The notes beneath the pieces were generated by a model, which worked only from the letters and a program-made list of their open reading frames with translations, was not told where the DNA came from and searched no databases. From Phyllosticta citribraziliensis (Eukaryota), in NCBI RefSeq assembly GCF_038025025.1, contig NW_027117346.1, positions 868,001 through 932,000 of the forward strand: a stretch of 64,000 nucleotides of DNA, in the 5' to 3' direction. This document shows positions 1 to 12,241 of this stretch, in pieces. A program made the position numbers and the translations under genes. The stretch's first letter is position 1. Each line of letters opens with the position of its first letter.

Positions 1-180
1 TGTCAGTAAAGACGCGGTATGTATCTGGGATGCAAGGGTACAGGTGGTGGAAGCGGGAGCGGTGGAGAGTCAATTGCAGCCGCACAGCAACAATGGCAGG
101 TCCACAATAGCAAAAAGACACGCACCGGGGGCTTTGTTGATGCGGAGCTTGAGGCGCTGGAGGAAGTTGATGGGCGCCAT
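1..180 (-). CDS. Probable 5' end of a gene running off the left edge (first exon MAPINFLQRLKLRINKAP, then intron)
   Basis: Minus-strand ATG at 180 in context ACCATGG, followed by a GTGCGT donor at ~126 and a branch-like CTGAC at ~2-6. The rest lies outside the window. Confidence 0.4.
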
Positions 181-1198
181 GGTCAGCTCCGCGGCGGAGA
201 GGAGCAGTGGCTAGGGCGAGGACAGAGACCTGGCTGTGGGCGGAGCTCGAGGTGGGCAGAAGGTCGTGGTGTTGATGATGTTTCCGCTGCATCGTCATGT
301 CATGGCGGGCGGCAGGCGGAGGCGGAGGCAGAGGCGGAGGAGAGGTGGCCCTTGCGTCTGGCCCGCCTCACCTCTCCAACGGAAACCAACCAACCAACAA
401 ACCAACTGGACCCAGCACAACATACAGCTACGAGCCGCTAGCACAGCTACCGACCAGCTAGTCGCGTTTGTCGGCTGGCTGTGCATGGCATGGCTGTCGG
501 ACACGACTACCGCTTCGATCACGCCCCATGTCCGATCAAGCTCAATCTCGGCGACGATGCATCAAGACCCGCTGCACGTCTGCCACAAAGGCTCCAGCGC
601 TCGCCTGTCGATTCGCTCACGGCGACTCGCTGCAATCTCACCTCCATCCTCTCATCAGTCACTTCACTTCCACTCGACAAAACACCACAGCTTGCCCTCG
701 CTCCCCCTCAACCAAGCCTCGCCTCGCAACCATCAAGCGCCGGCATCTTGCCTGTATCGCGCCCTGGCCAGCGCCCTGCCTGCGCAGAGAGAAAAGCCCC
801 GTCGTCTCGTTGCGCTGGCCGACTGAAGCTGAGGCTCTGCGCCCTCTCTCCTGACGACAAGGCCTATATACAGCCACCAGCACCCGCCGTCAGCCCTTAC
901 AACCACCTGAACCTCCTACCGTCGCCGCCTCTCACGCCCCCTAATCGCCGCCCCCCTGGCGTTTGCCTTCTAACCGCCTCCTCTCCTTGAGCATGCGCGC
1001 CTAGCCGCCGCCTGTCGCTTTCTCTTCAGACTATCGATTATCTTCCATTCTTTTTACATTTTTTTTTTTTTTTTTGATTTTCTCCAATTTCGTCATCCCA
1101 CCCAACTACCCCTCCTTCAGCCGCCGCATGCAAGTAATTTTTTAATGTCTCTGCGGCCCGGCCCTGCTCTGCTTCGTTAGCTTCAAGGCCCTGAGAAC

Positions 1199-3667
1199 AT
1201 GTCCTACCGGCCTGATGCGGATGTCCGTCCGTCTTCTCCTTCATCTCCCCATGACGCACGGTCGACCTCCCCGCGCCAGCCGCCGCGCCAAAATCAACTC
1301 AACGCCGCCACGCGCCCGACCATTCGAGTAGTCGAGGACCCGGGCTCTCCCATACAGGACAAACCTCGGCCTCCGCCTGCCGGTACCCCGTCGCATGCAC
1401 TTTCGCCAGACCCTGCGCAAGGATCCCGCGTCAACGACCGGGACTCTGTGGTTTCAGATGACACTCATTCAACCAATTCCCGGGCTGCCTCGAGCGCTAG
1501 TTCTTTTGTCAGGCAAATGGTGTCCAATTACGAAGTTCGTAGCAAAGAAAACCTCGCGCCACTGCCAAGGCAGACCTCTCAATCTAACCGCGCCTCAACT
1601 TCGACCCACAACTCGGACGCAGACACGTTGAACACGCTGACATCAGCTTTTTCCCCCACGGCCTCTACCAGATTCTCACAGGGGACGACGCCCCCCACGT
1701 CGCCGATACCCTTTTCAGACCGCAAGCACGACAGCTTTGGTAGCCTAGGTGTAGCCCACGACGACACTCGTAACGTTGGTCCGACCATTCGTCCCATAGT
1801 TACCTCCACCTCGACCGCTTCAGGATCCCACGCGCCTTCGTTGGAACCCGCCCTAGAGCTGACTGAACGCGGCTCTCAACCCTCTCTCGTGTCTTCGGAT
1901 TCTTCTGCCCCCACTGTCACCTACCACGATCAAGACCCCGACACTTCGTGGGCGACTAGCTTCACCGAGCACACATCCGCCGAGAGGCCGCCAACCCGCG
2001 GTAAGGATTCGGAAAGCCGAAAGAGCTCGTGGGCTAGCCTGAACGTCGCCCCGCATGAGAGAACCCCTTCCCGCGACAACGACCACTCTCCTGAACGACC
2101 TCCCACTCGGGGAAGCAATAGCATTCGGAGTGGGCAGACTGGTCAAACAATTCTGAGGAAAAAGTCGTCAGCGCAGCTGAGGAGTCCCGCCAGAAAAGAG
2201 TCGGAACAATCCTTGGCACAATCCGACGACTTTGACGATACCGTCATCCACCACAGCCGGCCAGACTCGTCACCGGTCAGTCCCACACATGATTCGAGGC
2301 ACGAAGACGACGAAGACGATACCGTTATCCACGAGCCCTTTTCTGGTCCAGGGTCCGAGCGCTTCCAGCGGCCATACCGTATGACGACGCACAGCGGATA
2401 CTACAGATGGAGCCCTCCTCTGTCGACCATTGAGTCGGCGTCCGAACCGCGGACGGGGTCGGTGGCGAGTACGCTTGCTCTAAGCGGGGCGAGCCAATCG
2501 CATAGACGGCAGACTTTGGGAAGTTATGGCTCGTCCCAAATGGGCCCTTCCTCAGGGCCATCGAACGGTCTGCCCTCCACACCGAGCGAGCCGTCTGCCG
2601 GCCAACGCCCTCAGTTTACTCCAAAGAATGGGGTGCTTCCAGAAGCTCGTCCAGATTCGAGTGAGGGTGCCGATACGGTTCCAGAGCTCAATCAGCACAA
2701 CTTGCGCCCATCGCGGTCAGGGATGCTGAGCAGGAATTCCAGTGATGGACGACCAGATACTGCACTCTCTGAGCGTAGTTCTTATACAAGTTTGTTTTTG
2801 AACAGTTTGCCGTCGTGGGCAAGGTAAGCTTCCCCACTTTGCAAGCTTTGGCCCCGACAAAAGGGCCGCGCGTCATTTAGAAAGGCCCAGAAAAAATAAC
2901 TAACGGCTATCTTTAGATTTTACTATCGCAACGGTGACCGCACGTCATTTGGCACGGTTAGTGACAGTACATCAAGCTCGGCCTCCCGCCATTCTCGGTC
3001 AGGGACGATGCAGAGCGGTGCTAGCCGCTCTCCCACCGAATCCACGTTCCCGGTCAATCCCATTTGGTCTCCGCGACAACGTCCACTCAAGAACCAACGA
3101 TCCAAAGCTTCTCACCTCCGTAACATTTCGTCGTCGCAAGATTCTGGAATCAACACCATTCCACCAAGATCAAGAGACCGTCACGGGTCTGCCAGCCACC
3201 GTAGCATGGACGAAATCAACTCTGGCGCAAGCGGCCGTCCCGAGACTTATGTACCACACCTCCGCAAAGATCGCAGAAGCGCCGCCCTAAGCATATGGAC
3301 GGTACCGAGCATTGACACGGCTTTCGGCCACCTCTTCACTGGACGCGGCCAAAAATCCAACAAGTTCATTCTCATGTTCTGCCTCGGCTTCGTCATGCCG
3401 CTCACTTGGGTGATTGGAGCCTTTCTGCCCATCGGTCCGCGACCTGGCGAAGAATACGACCCTCAATCGCGCGCAGAAAGAGGCAAAGAGCAGGAGGTGA
3501 CGACAGACGTCGAGGGAGAACTTCAATGGAGCGACCGGGACTTGGAAATGGAAGAGCGCAAATGGCGCAAGGCGTTGTGGTGGCGACGCGTCAACCGCTG
3601 CTTTGCGGTGCTGGGCATCGCAGTCATTGCAGCTGTGGTCGCCGTTGCGCTAACAGCGGAACTGTAA
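1199..3667 (+). CDS. Fungal serine-rich protein with two C-terminal hydrophobic (TM) segments; 2 exons
   Basis: The 542-aa ORF is joined to the 3' ORF by intron 2824-2916 (GTAAGC..CTAAC..TAG), giving ..LPSWAR|FYYRNG... Hydrophobic segments are FILMFCLGFVMPLTWVIGAFLPI and FAVLGIAVIAAVVAVAL. TATATA at ~864. Confidence 0.8.
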
Positions 3668-6600
3668 CGGTCTTGCGTTCCAAAAATTGTTGCATATTTT
3701 CTCATTTCCCGCTAGGTGCGACACATGAGTGGTGGCATATACCCTTGGTTTTTTCTCCTTTTTTCATTTTTCCACGTCTCATGTGCCACGTCACGCACCT
3801 CCATCTCCCTTTCGTCTTGAGTCTTCTCGTTGCTCTCTGGCGCTTTTTCAGCACCAGTTCATACATCTCTTCGCCATTTTTTCCTTGTGGTTTTCCGAGT
3901 GCCAACTTCCGGCCACCAACAGCTCCACGCTTCCTCATTTCCTTGACTCAGTTTATGCTTCTCCATGCTTTGGTCTCTCTGCGCACAGATTCTGCAAGAG
4001 GAGTCTTGCAATTTGCCATTCTTGCTTGGAGTTTGTTCTTCCGTTGGGTTTGTTTCACTGCTCTGCATTTAAATCCGGCATTTGGCAGTCGGACCTAAGG
4101 CTCCGTGATGCCCTTGTGCACACATGCTGCCTACCGACTCGTTTGCACTGCTCTGTGCTATGTCATTTGTACTCTTGTACTGTTGTAGATCGGCATGGGC
4201 GCGTTTTGGCTTGCTGCAGTGCTTGCTGGCTGATACCCACGGCTCTTGTTACATGTTTGTCTGCATAGTAGACGGTTGTTTATTTCTTTGGTCGCAACTT
4301 TGTCAGATTCTGGGTTCGACAGTGCGACGCATCAGTGGTGGATGCCTGAGAGGGCAAAGTTTGACCGTTGAATCTTGGCTCATAGTGCGGGGGTGGAGGT
4401 GGGGTGTGCTGGCTGTTGCAGGGTGAGAGCCTGAAATCTACAACCGGGGCAGCTGGTGGTCACTGGCAGGCAGGGAATAATCGAATTGCAAGTGGTTGAT
4501 GCTGATTACACATCTGGATTACTAAATTCATGTGATGAGCGCAAGACTACATATGAGGGTCATAGTGAGGGCGTCAGAAACCCAAGGCTGCTCTGTTCAG
4601 GGGGCATTGGCTGCAAGTCTGTGCGCCCTTGACCCCCCTATCGCCGCTCTACATCTTTCGTCTCGCGAAGGAGGCATCGAATTCCCATCTAATCGCGAGG
4701 GGCACCATTGCACGCACCTCGATCTAGTCTAAACAACGCATTGGCTTGCTATTTCTCGATTATCTAAATCTTTTGCTTTATCGATTCTTCAGTTCGACGC
4801 CTTTTAGGCCGTTCATCCTGCCTTGCGACATTTTCCTTGACCAAACCAATCGACTCTTCCCACCAGCCTCTTCTTTACATCACTAGTCCTGTAGTCCCAC
4901 GGCACTCGTGCAATCCCAGCCTGACGCACGCAACCCCAAAACCCTGACGTCGATCTAGGCAACTTTCCGCCTCGCGTCCTCGAAACCAAGCATCTCCAGA
5001 CCCTGCCATGGGCGCTTGTTCCGTCTCGGAGCGTTTACCCGCGCCGTTGGTGTCTGACCTCTTTGTCCCGTGTCTCATCCAGCCAGCAACAGCTTTCTGT
5101 TTCTCGCTCTGTTGGTGGGCGCGAGCGAGGGTCAAAGACACGTCTCCATGACTTCTGCCCAAGCATTGAGACAATGACATAGGATGTATGGATGGATGGA
5201 TGGGCGACGGACGGGCCGCGCCGCTTTGTTTGTGCCCTGCATGCGTGTCTACCTTGTCCGTCGCCTTCTGCCGGCTGGGTTGCTGGCCAGCCGTTAATCC
5301 AATCATTCACTTCACTGCCGGCTGGAGAGAAGGCAAGGCAAAAATCGCGGGTAAGACAGACACACTCGTTGCTAGGTTGGCTTGGCTATCTTGTTTTACT
5401 ACTACCACCTAACGTCACGTCGCTCTCCTCTCCTTCTCTGATCAGTTTTACGTCTTTCTTTGTCCGCCTGTCACTCATCTCCCCCAAATCTCTCACCAAC
5501 AAAGCCAAAGCCAAGACCACCCAAGACGCACTGTGTTGCATCAATGAGGCCGTCTGGCCAGCTTTTCTAGACCGTCGTCTCTTCCAGACCACTCTTGACG
5601 CACACTGTCATGTCAAGTCACGTCGAGCCGAGCCGCGCCGCGCCAAGGGGACCGTGTCCAGACCCTGGTGGCTCGCTCGCTCTCGTCTGTTTTGAGCGCA
5701 CGCGAGGGTCTTGTTGATCTAGACCCTGTGTATCTACCTGTCCGTGGGCCTGGCCATTGATCGAGTCGACTGAGACAGATGGACGACGAATGACCAGACA
5801 GGCAAGTGGGATATTGGCGAAAGAGGGGGGAAAGGCGATGTTGGTCAGACTGTGCGCGCGCGCCGCTGAGGCGCTGGATTACGGTCTTCTTGGGGAAGTG
5901 TTGGTGGTAATGGTCTTCTCCGTTCCCATCTGTCCAGAGTTGAATAGCTTCTTCTTATAACGTAATATGCAGGTGGAGCTTTGCCGCAGATCAACTCACC
6001 ATGGAAGCTCTTTCCTAGCTCCCATACAGCGAGAGACAGGAGCAACACGACACTATGGCACCTGATCAGACAACAATGGGCGGTGCGACATGAGCGGCAT
6101 GGAGCGGCCTGGACAGCTTACCATTTCCTTCGTCTCTCTCTCTATCTTTCTCGCGGGACGAGCCAGGCAACAGCAATGGCGGTCGACGACAAAGCCCCAA
6201 GACAGTGAGCCAGCCAGCCAGCCCGGCCTATCTGCCTGCCTGCGTGCATGCAGAAGCAAGTGGACGACGCAAGCAAGCAAGCAGCCACCCGCGAATCTTC
6301 AAGCAAGGGCGCCGACAGCAACAGACGGAAGCAGCCGTCCGTCCATCTGTCTGCTCGTTTGTCTGTCTGTCTGCCTGTCTGCCTGTCTGCCTGCCTGTGG
6401 ATGTATCCGCTCACACCCGGCGCGCGGCTTGCTGCCGAGGAAAGGACGGCCATGCACTCCTCATTCACGGCGGTGGTGGCGCATTCTTGTCGAAGCTGTA
6501 TTGCAGGATCGTGACTTTTTTTCTGCCTTGCCTGCCCGCTTGCTTGCCTGCCTGCGGCACCCACCATCCACCGCTTACGTAGGCCCGGCGTGGCAAACCT

Positions 6601-8134
6601 TCCGATTCGAGAATTATTTCCCGACTGCGGCGGTAAGTGATATACCCAAGCCAGCACCTCGAGCGGGGCGGGCTAGTCTGGGCAATGAAGGGCGTGACGT
6701 GATGTTTGAAGTAAGGGAGTGGCGGAGGTGTGGGGTCGGGTGCGTGTGTAGGTGGGTGGGGAGCATGGAAGCCTGGGTGCTTGGGCACGAGCACGAGCTC
6801 TTTCTCTCTCTCGTTTCTGCGCCTGTTTGTCTGGTTTGCCTCGTGCGTGACTGTTTGACTGGTGTCAGTGGGGAAGAAGATGCATCGTTTTTCTGTTTGG
6901 TTGTTTGCATCATTGTTGTTGTCGTCATCGTTTGCCGGAAATATCGTGAAACTTGTAGCTGTTGATTCCGAAGGTAGAAATTAGTATGGGTCGGAGAGTG
7001 CAGATTTCTGTTCGATCGAGTTCAATTGTCTGTTGGAGGAGAGCTTGCACTGCGTGTGAGAGATGCCCCTTGCGCCGCAACCACAGAAGAACTTCGACAA
7101 CAGCCAACAACTACTCTTACTTTTGGAAGGGACATCAGCAAAAGCTTCAAGACTGCTCGCCATACTCCCCACTGGAACAGCCAGATATGTCGTCATGACG
7201 GCGTGTCCAAAGTTGAGCACCACAAAACACTGACGTCGAAACAGACCTGTCATCCCCGCATTCGACAAAGTCCCACCAGCAACAAAATGGTCCCAGCCAT
7301 CGACTCAAAGATTGGCGCTGCACTTGCAACCACGATGACCAAGGGCGCAGGATCGGAAAAGACGGCACGCCCCGAGCGAGCGGAACCAACACCACCACCA
7401 TCACTGCTCGTACAAGCAAAGGCCAGCAGAGCCAGGCAAGGAGAAGGAGGCTGAGCAATTGGTGCTGCCACATCTAAACGACGACGACGGACAGTATACA
7501 AGACATTTCACGCCAGCAAATTGTAGGACAAGGAGTATCGAGGACCCGAAAGCCAAACATAGAGATACGTATCTGATGGTCGCTCTCGAGCTACAGTACA
7601 AACACACAGTGGTGGCGAGAAAAGGACGCGCGTCTAAAAAATGCAGGACACAGAGCCGAAGCAAAAGCAGCAAGCAGATACAGATAGTTGATGAGGCAAG
7701 CAAAAGACGAAGGAAGCCAGAACGCAGAGCCAGAAACAAAAGAACCAAGAAAACGACCGTGGCGCCAATCCATGCAAATGCATGCCTTGCGGCTTGTTGT
7801 TTGTTTCCCCCGATCCGGATCAAAAAACTCCAAGCCAGAACCCGACAAGACAGAAGCTGCCGCCGCTGCGAAAGGAGGCGAGCGAGTGGTATACCGCAGC
7901 AACGGCAGCAACAGGCAATGAACAGACCAAAGACTCCCCCAGAAGACACTTCCCCCAGCCCGACCAACGACTCCTGAAACAGTGACTTGACAGACGGCGA
8001 GAAAGGAGGCAGGGTAAAAGCAAGAAGACTGTAACGCACAACCAAGCAACGCAAGTCAAAGCAGACTTTCCATCGACAGTGCAATTTACCCTCTTATCCC
8101 CGACATCTCATCTCCCCGTGCGGGCCAGGCCGAC

Positions 8135-9043
8135 CTACTTGCCCTGCCTGAACTGGCCCCAGAGGTTGTGCATGCGCTGCTGCTGCATGGGGGTAAAGTC
8201 CTCATAGCACGAGTCGATCGAGTAGTCCATGTAATTGTGAATGGGGTCGACGCCGGACAGGCCAGGGCACGAGTTCTTCGCGGGCGAGGTAGGGCAGCCG
8301 TCGGTGCTCTCGGCCTCGGCGCGAGTGTCGTCGATGAGGTCGCCGTCGCCGTCGCACGAGTTGCCCTCGAACGTGTGCAGCAGGCCCATCCAGTGGCCCG
8401 TCTCGTGAACCGCCGTCATGCCCTGGTTGAAGCCCAGCTGGCTGCCGCCGGGCATCGTGCCCGCGTTGACGCTGCACCCGTCCGTGTTGTAGTCCGACGC
8501 CGACCCGCCCCCAATGGCCGACGGCATGGTGCAGGTGCCCAGGATCCCGCCCCCCAGGTCCGAGTGGAAGTAGATGTTGAGGCTGGCGTAGCCGCCCTTG
8601 CGAAGCGCCTTCTTCATGTCCTTGATGTCCTGGCTGTCCGACTTGGCCGATGCCCACGCGTCGTTCTTGGTCAGCTCCGACCCCTTGAGGTTGAAGCTGA
8701 TGCCGTGCGAGTTGTACGCCTTGTTCAGGGTCGTCGCTTGGTCGTTGGCCATCTGCTGCCAGTTGGAGAACTGCCCTGCCTTGGCGTTTGTCGTCACGAC
8801 GTGGAAGTACGTGTCGATGGCAATGTCGCCGCTGTCACGCGCCAGCATGGCGGCACGAGCGGCCGCTGACCCGCCCTTTGCCGTCTGCGCGCTGTGGTGG
8901 TCCTTGATGGCCGCCATCAGCTCTTCTTTGGCGTGTCCTTGCTGGGAGCCGCAGTCAAAGTGCGAAAGCTCTGCGTGCCCCGTGCCGTTCCCGGCAAAGG
9001 CAAGGCCGCCCAGAGAGGCGAGGAGGAGGATGAACTTGTGCAT
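8135..9043 (-). CDS. Secreted zinc metalloprotease, peptidase family M43 (pappalysin-like), intronless, ~302 aa
   Basis: Signal peptide MHKFILLLASLGGLAFA, zinc motif HETGHWMGLLH and Met-turn HNYMDY. TATATA at 9170-9176 upstream. Confidence 0.92.
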   Translation of the reverse strand: MHKFILLLASLGGLAFAGNGTGHAELSHFDCGSQQGHAKEELMAAIKDHHSAQTAKGGSAAARAAMLARDSGDIAIDTYFHVVTTNAKAGQFSNWQQMANDQATTLNKAYNSHGISFNLKGSELTKNDAWASAKSDSQDIKDMKKALRKGGYASLNIYFHSDLGGGILGTCTMPSAIGGGSASDYNTDGCSVNAGTMPGGSQLGFNQGMTAVHETGHWMGLLHTFEGNSCDGDGDLIDDTRAEAESTDGCPTSPAKNSCPGLSGVDPIHNYMDYSIDSCYEDFTPMQQQRMHNLWGQFRQGK

Positions 9044-9589
9044 GCTGGCTCTTGAGGGGCAGTCTTTTGGTTTTGATTGGAAATGACAGATGAGGGAGTT
9101 GTGGGATCGGAGGAAATCTGCACTGCTGAATGTGCTGATGATGGACACTTGAGAGCCCCCATCTCCCACTATATATCCTCCTCATGGCGATGGTCTGGAT
9201 TCCATGCGATATGGTGGACGTCTAGACGTGCACGATGGATGCCTCTCTAGAACGTCCTCGTGGCAATTCTGGAGCTTGACCATTCTGGACGAAAACGGCT
9301 TGTTTCCAGGGTATCACTGTACGACAAAGCAGCCCTACACGCAGACCCAACGTCTGGCTCGGCAGGTGAGACCTGGGACTAGTGAGCTTGTGCCTAGAAT
9401 TTCGATACACGCGGCAAGGAGAGGGCCCAGAAGGAATTTATGCATCATCATTGTGAAACTCGAAAACATCTAGAAGGGAGCAGTCAAAAGCACCTATGCC
9501 ATCCTTATACAATGTCCCAGGACCGTCAACGCCAGGCGTGCAATAAGTCAAAGAATATCCAAAGAAACGTTATCTTGCAATTTTTCCCA

Positions 9590-11187
9590 TCAAGCCTCGC
9601 CCGGTCTCAAGCTTCGGCCGGTGGCGTGGGCCGAGCTGGGGTTGTCGTTATTCCAGGTCAAGTAAGTGTGGTCGCCGAGTTTTCTAGACTCATGTCAGTC
9701 GAACGATCGCCGTGGCTTTGTCTGCCGCAGCCGGTACTTGCCTTGGCTTGATCAGGTGGGTAGCCGTGAAGAGGGTGCCCAGAAGTATGCAAAGTCCACC
9801 GACCACGACATAGGCGATTCCGAGGAACGGGTTCTTGCCGCCCATCACCGTCCTGGTCGAAATAAGTATGGACTTGGTACCACCATACTCTGTAACGTCG
9901 AAGTCTGCGTGCGTCAGCAGGCCCGCCATCTCTGACAACGCCACCCTCACTTACTATCATAAATGTCCATCTGGTACCGTCCAACCCTCATGGTAGCCGT
10001 ATCATTCCGCAGCGCAAGCTTGCTAAATGCCGGCAATCCGGCTGTCCTCATCCAAACCTGGAAAGACTCGTCTTCGTTGAGGTTTGGGATTGGGTTGTCG
10101 TCAGTGTACCCGTCCGGATACCGCTTCCGCCAGTTCGGAGGAGGCGAAACCTGATCATTCGTGTAGGGCGCCTTCTTGTACAATTCCTTGTCGCTTGCCC
10201 AAGCGATGCCCTTGTTGGTCATGTTGTAAAACCTCTCGTCGCCGGTTCCCACGGTGATGAGCTCGAGCGGAGTCTTGAAGGTGTCGTTGAACAGTGAGTT
10301 TGCAATCAAGCCGCACGGGTAGTAAGCCTTTCCATTTTCATCCAGCTTCAAAGGATCGCAGTCACTGCCGGAGATTGAGCTGTTGCTGCGAAACGTGCCT
10401 TGGAGTTGCGTGGCATCTTCCGACTTGACGTAGCGGCGGTGGTTCTGGTAAAAGTCGGTAAGGCGGTAGTACATGAGGACTGGCGGGCCAATGTCGTTTT
10501 CAATGTCGAATTGGAGCGAGCAAACCGAGGTGTTGACCGAGACCGAACTCGAGTAGTTGACCATGACTGTGCTGTGAGCCCATTTCGGCCGGCCTCCGGT
10601 AACTTGGCGAGACTTGAAGTGGCTGTTGACCCTGTCAGAAGGCACATCGACAAAGTCGCTAGCCTCGGGCGGGTAGCGAAGGTTGGTCGAGTTCTTGGCT
10701 TTGGCTGCACAGTCTGAATAGTCAATCGCAATCTGCTCAACCTGCACAGAATCAATACACATTCGGCGGGTTTGGCTTTGTCCAATGCCCGGGCCACGGG
10801 CTTAGCAGTAGGGCGACGCACCTGGGCACTCGCCCATATCAGCAGTCCACCGATGGGAGCAAAGATGATTCCGACAACAAAGAAGAGCGGCAGGACGGTC
10901 TTGGGTGTGAGGATGGGTCTGCGAAAGGCTGCTGTCAGCAAGTGCAATTCGGGAGCGGCGGCAGCATGCGGGATGGACGACGTACTGCCAGGCCTTGAGG
11001 CGCTGCTGGCGAAAGGCGGTGTCTTAATCACAGCAAAGAACCATCAGCACATGAGCATTTTCCGAGGGTTGGCGTGTGGCAGTTGCGTACTCGCAGGTCT
11101 CCTGCTCTTTGTCTTCTTTCCATCATCCGAGTGCGGTTCCTGGCTACTGATCGAGTCCGTGTGCTGGACGTTCGTTTGCGACATCAT
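9590..11187 (-). CDS. CDC50: CDC50/LEM3 family P4-ATPase (phospholipid flippase) beta subunit; 6 exons
   Basis: Motifs [76 protein letters not shown] and KPRKLGDHTYLTWN. Introns at ~11023-11090, 10919-10985, 10742-10821, ~9905-9954 and 9684-9741 (GC-AG). Confidence 0.95.
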
Positions 11188-12241
11188 GGGCGGCGGGGCA
11201 GCGCGGGCGACAGTGGGCGCATCCGGCAGCGATGGGAGAGAGGAGGGACCGCAGATCCGAGGCGCGCGGTGGAGTTGAGATGCGGTGCTTGCGTGGAGTA
11301 CGGAGTCGGAGGCGCGTTGGATGGAGGCCGCCCGCTTCGCTCTAGCTATTTTGGGATGTCCGCAGCCCTGAAGTGGCTGCCTGCGTGGCGCAGGCTCTCT
11401 GGCCTCGGGCTGTCTGCCGGGGCCCGACTAATCCGCAACTCAACTCCATCGATTCATCATCAACGACATCCGGACGAGTACCGGCGCAGACAACGGAACT
11501 CAGGTCGCTCCCGGTCAACTCCATCGACCACGTGAGTGACGGGTCCCTTTCGTCATTGCCAAGCGCCTTCCCGTCCGTCCCGGTGACTTGACAATTGAAG
11601 CTCTGCTCTGCCCCATTCCAGCCCTCCAGTTATTCTTAGCCGTTGTGACTCTGACGTGTCAGCAGGAATCCGGACAAGTAAACAGGATCCGGGCCAAGAG
11701 TACGCGTCTCCAATTGACTTTCAGCATCCAGATGCTACGCCCAACAGCCTTTCTTTCTGCGCCCGATCTGAGACGGGCGTGCCGTCGACAGGGCGGGGTT
11801 ATGACTGACCGCTGCAGCGTTTGAAGTCCAGACTCAACTGCACGTCTCCACCAAAGGAGCAAGCTGGCCATTGTACCTGTCTACAAGCATCGATTGCTCC
11901 CCTGCTGATTCAATCGTGCTGCGAGCCCCCAACTGGTCACTTTGCCGTCGATGCGCCGCCGTCAATCGGAAAAAGAGTTTGATCATCTTACCATTTTCGT
12001 TTCATCACAGCGCTTGCACCATGGCGCATCATTTCATCCATGCTGTGTCTCCTTTATTCGTTGCCTATCTCGTCTAATCTCGCAGCAAAGCCTCGCCATT
12101 CCAAGCAAGTTTCCTCCAAATCATGGCCATTCTCGATGGCTCCAGGTATTCTCGCTCCAAATCACCCAGGTGTATCATTTCCTTGCCTCCAGTCAAAACA
12201 AAGCAGCACAGCAAGTACAAGTCATTCAATCACATTCCCAG

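Noticed and set aside
9044..9169. GTG-initiated in-frame extension of the M43 protease
   Set aside because: It abuts the TATA box, so it is probably upstream of the TSS, and it would bury the signal peptide.
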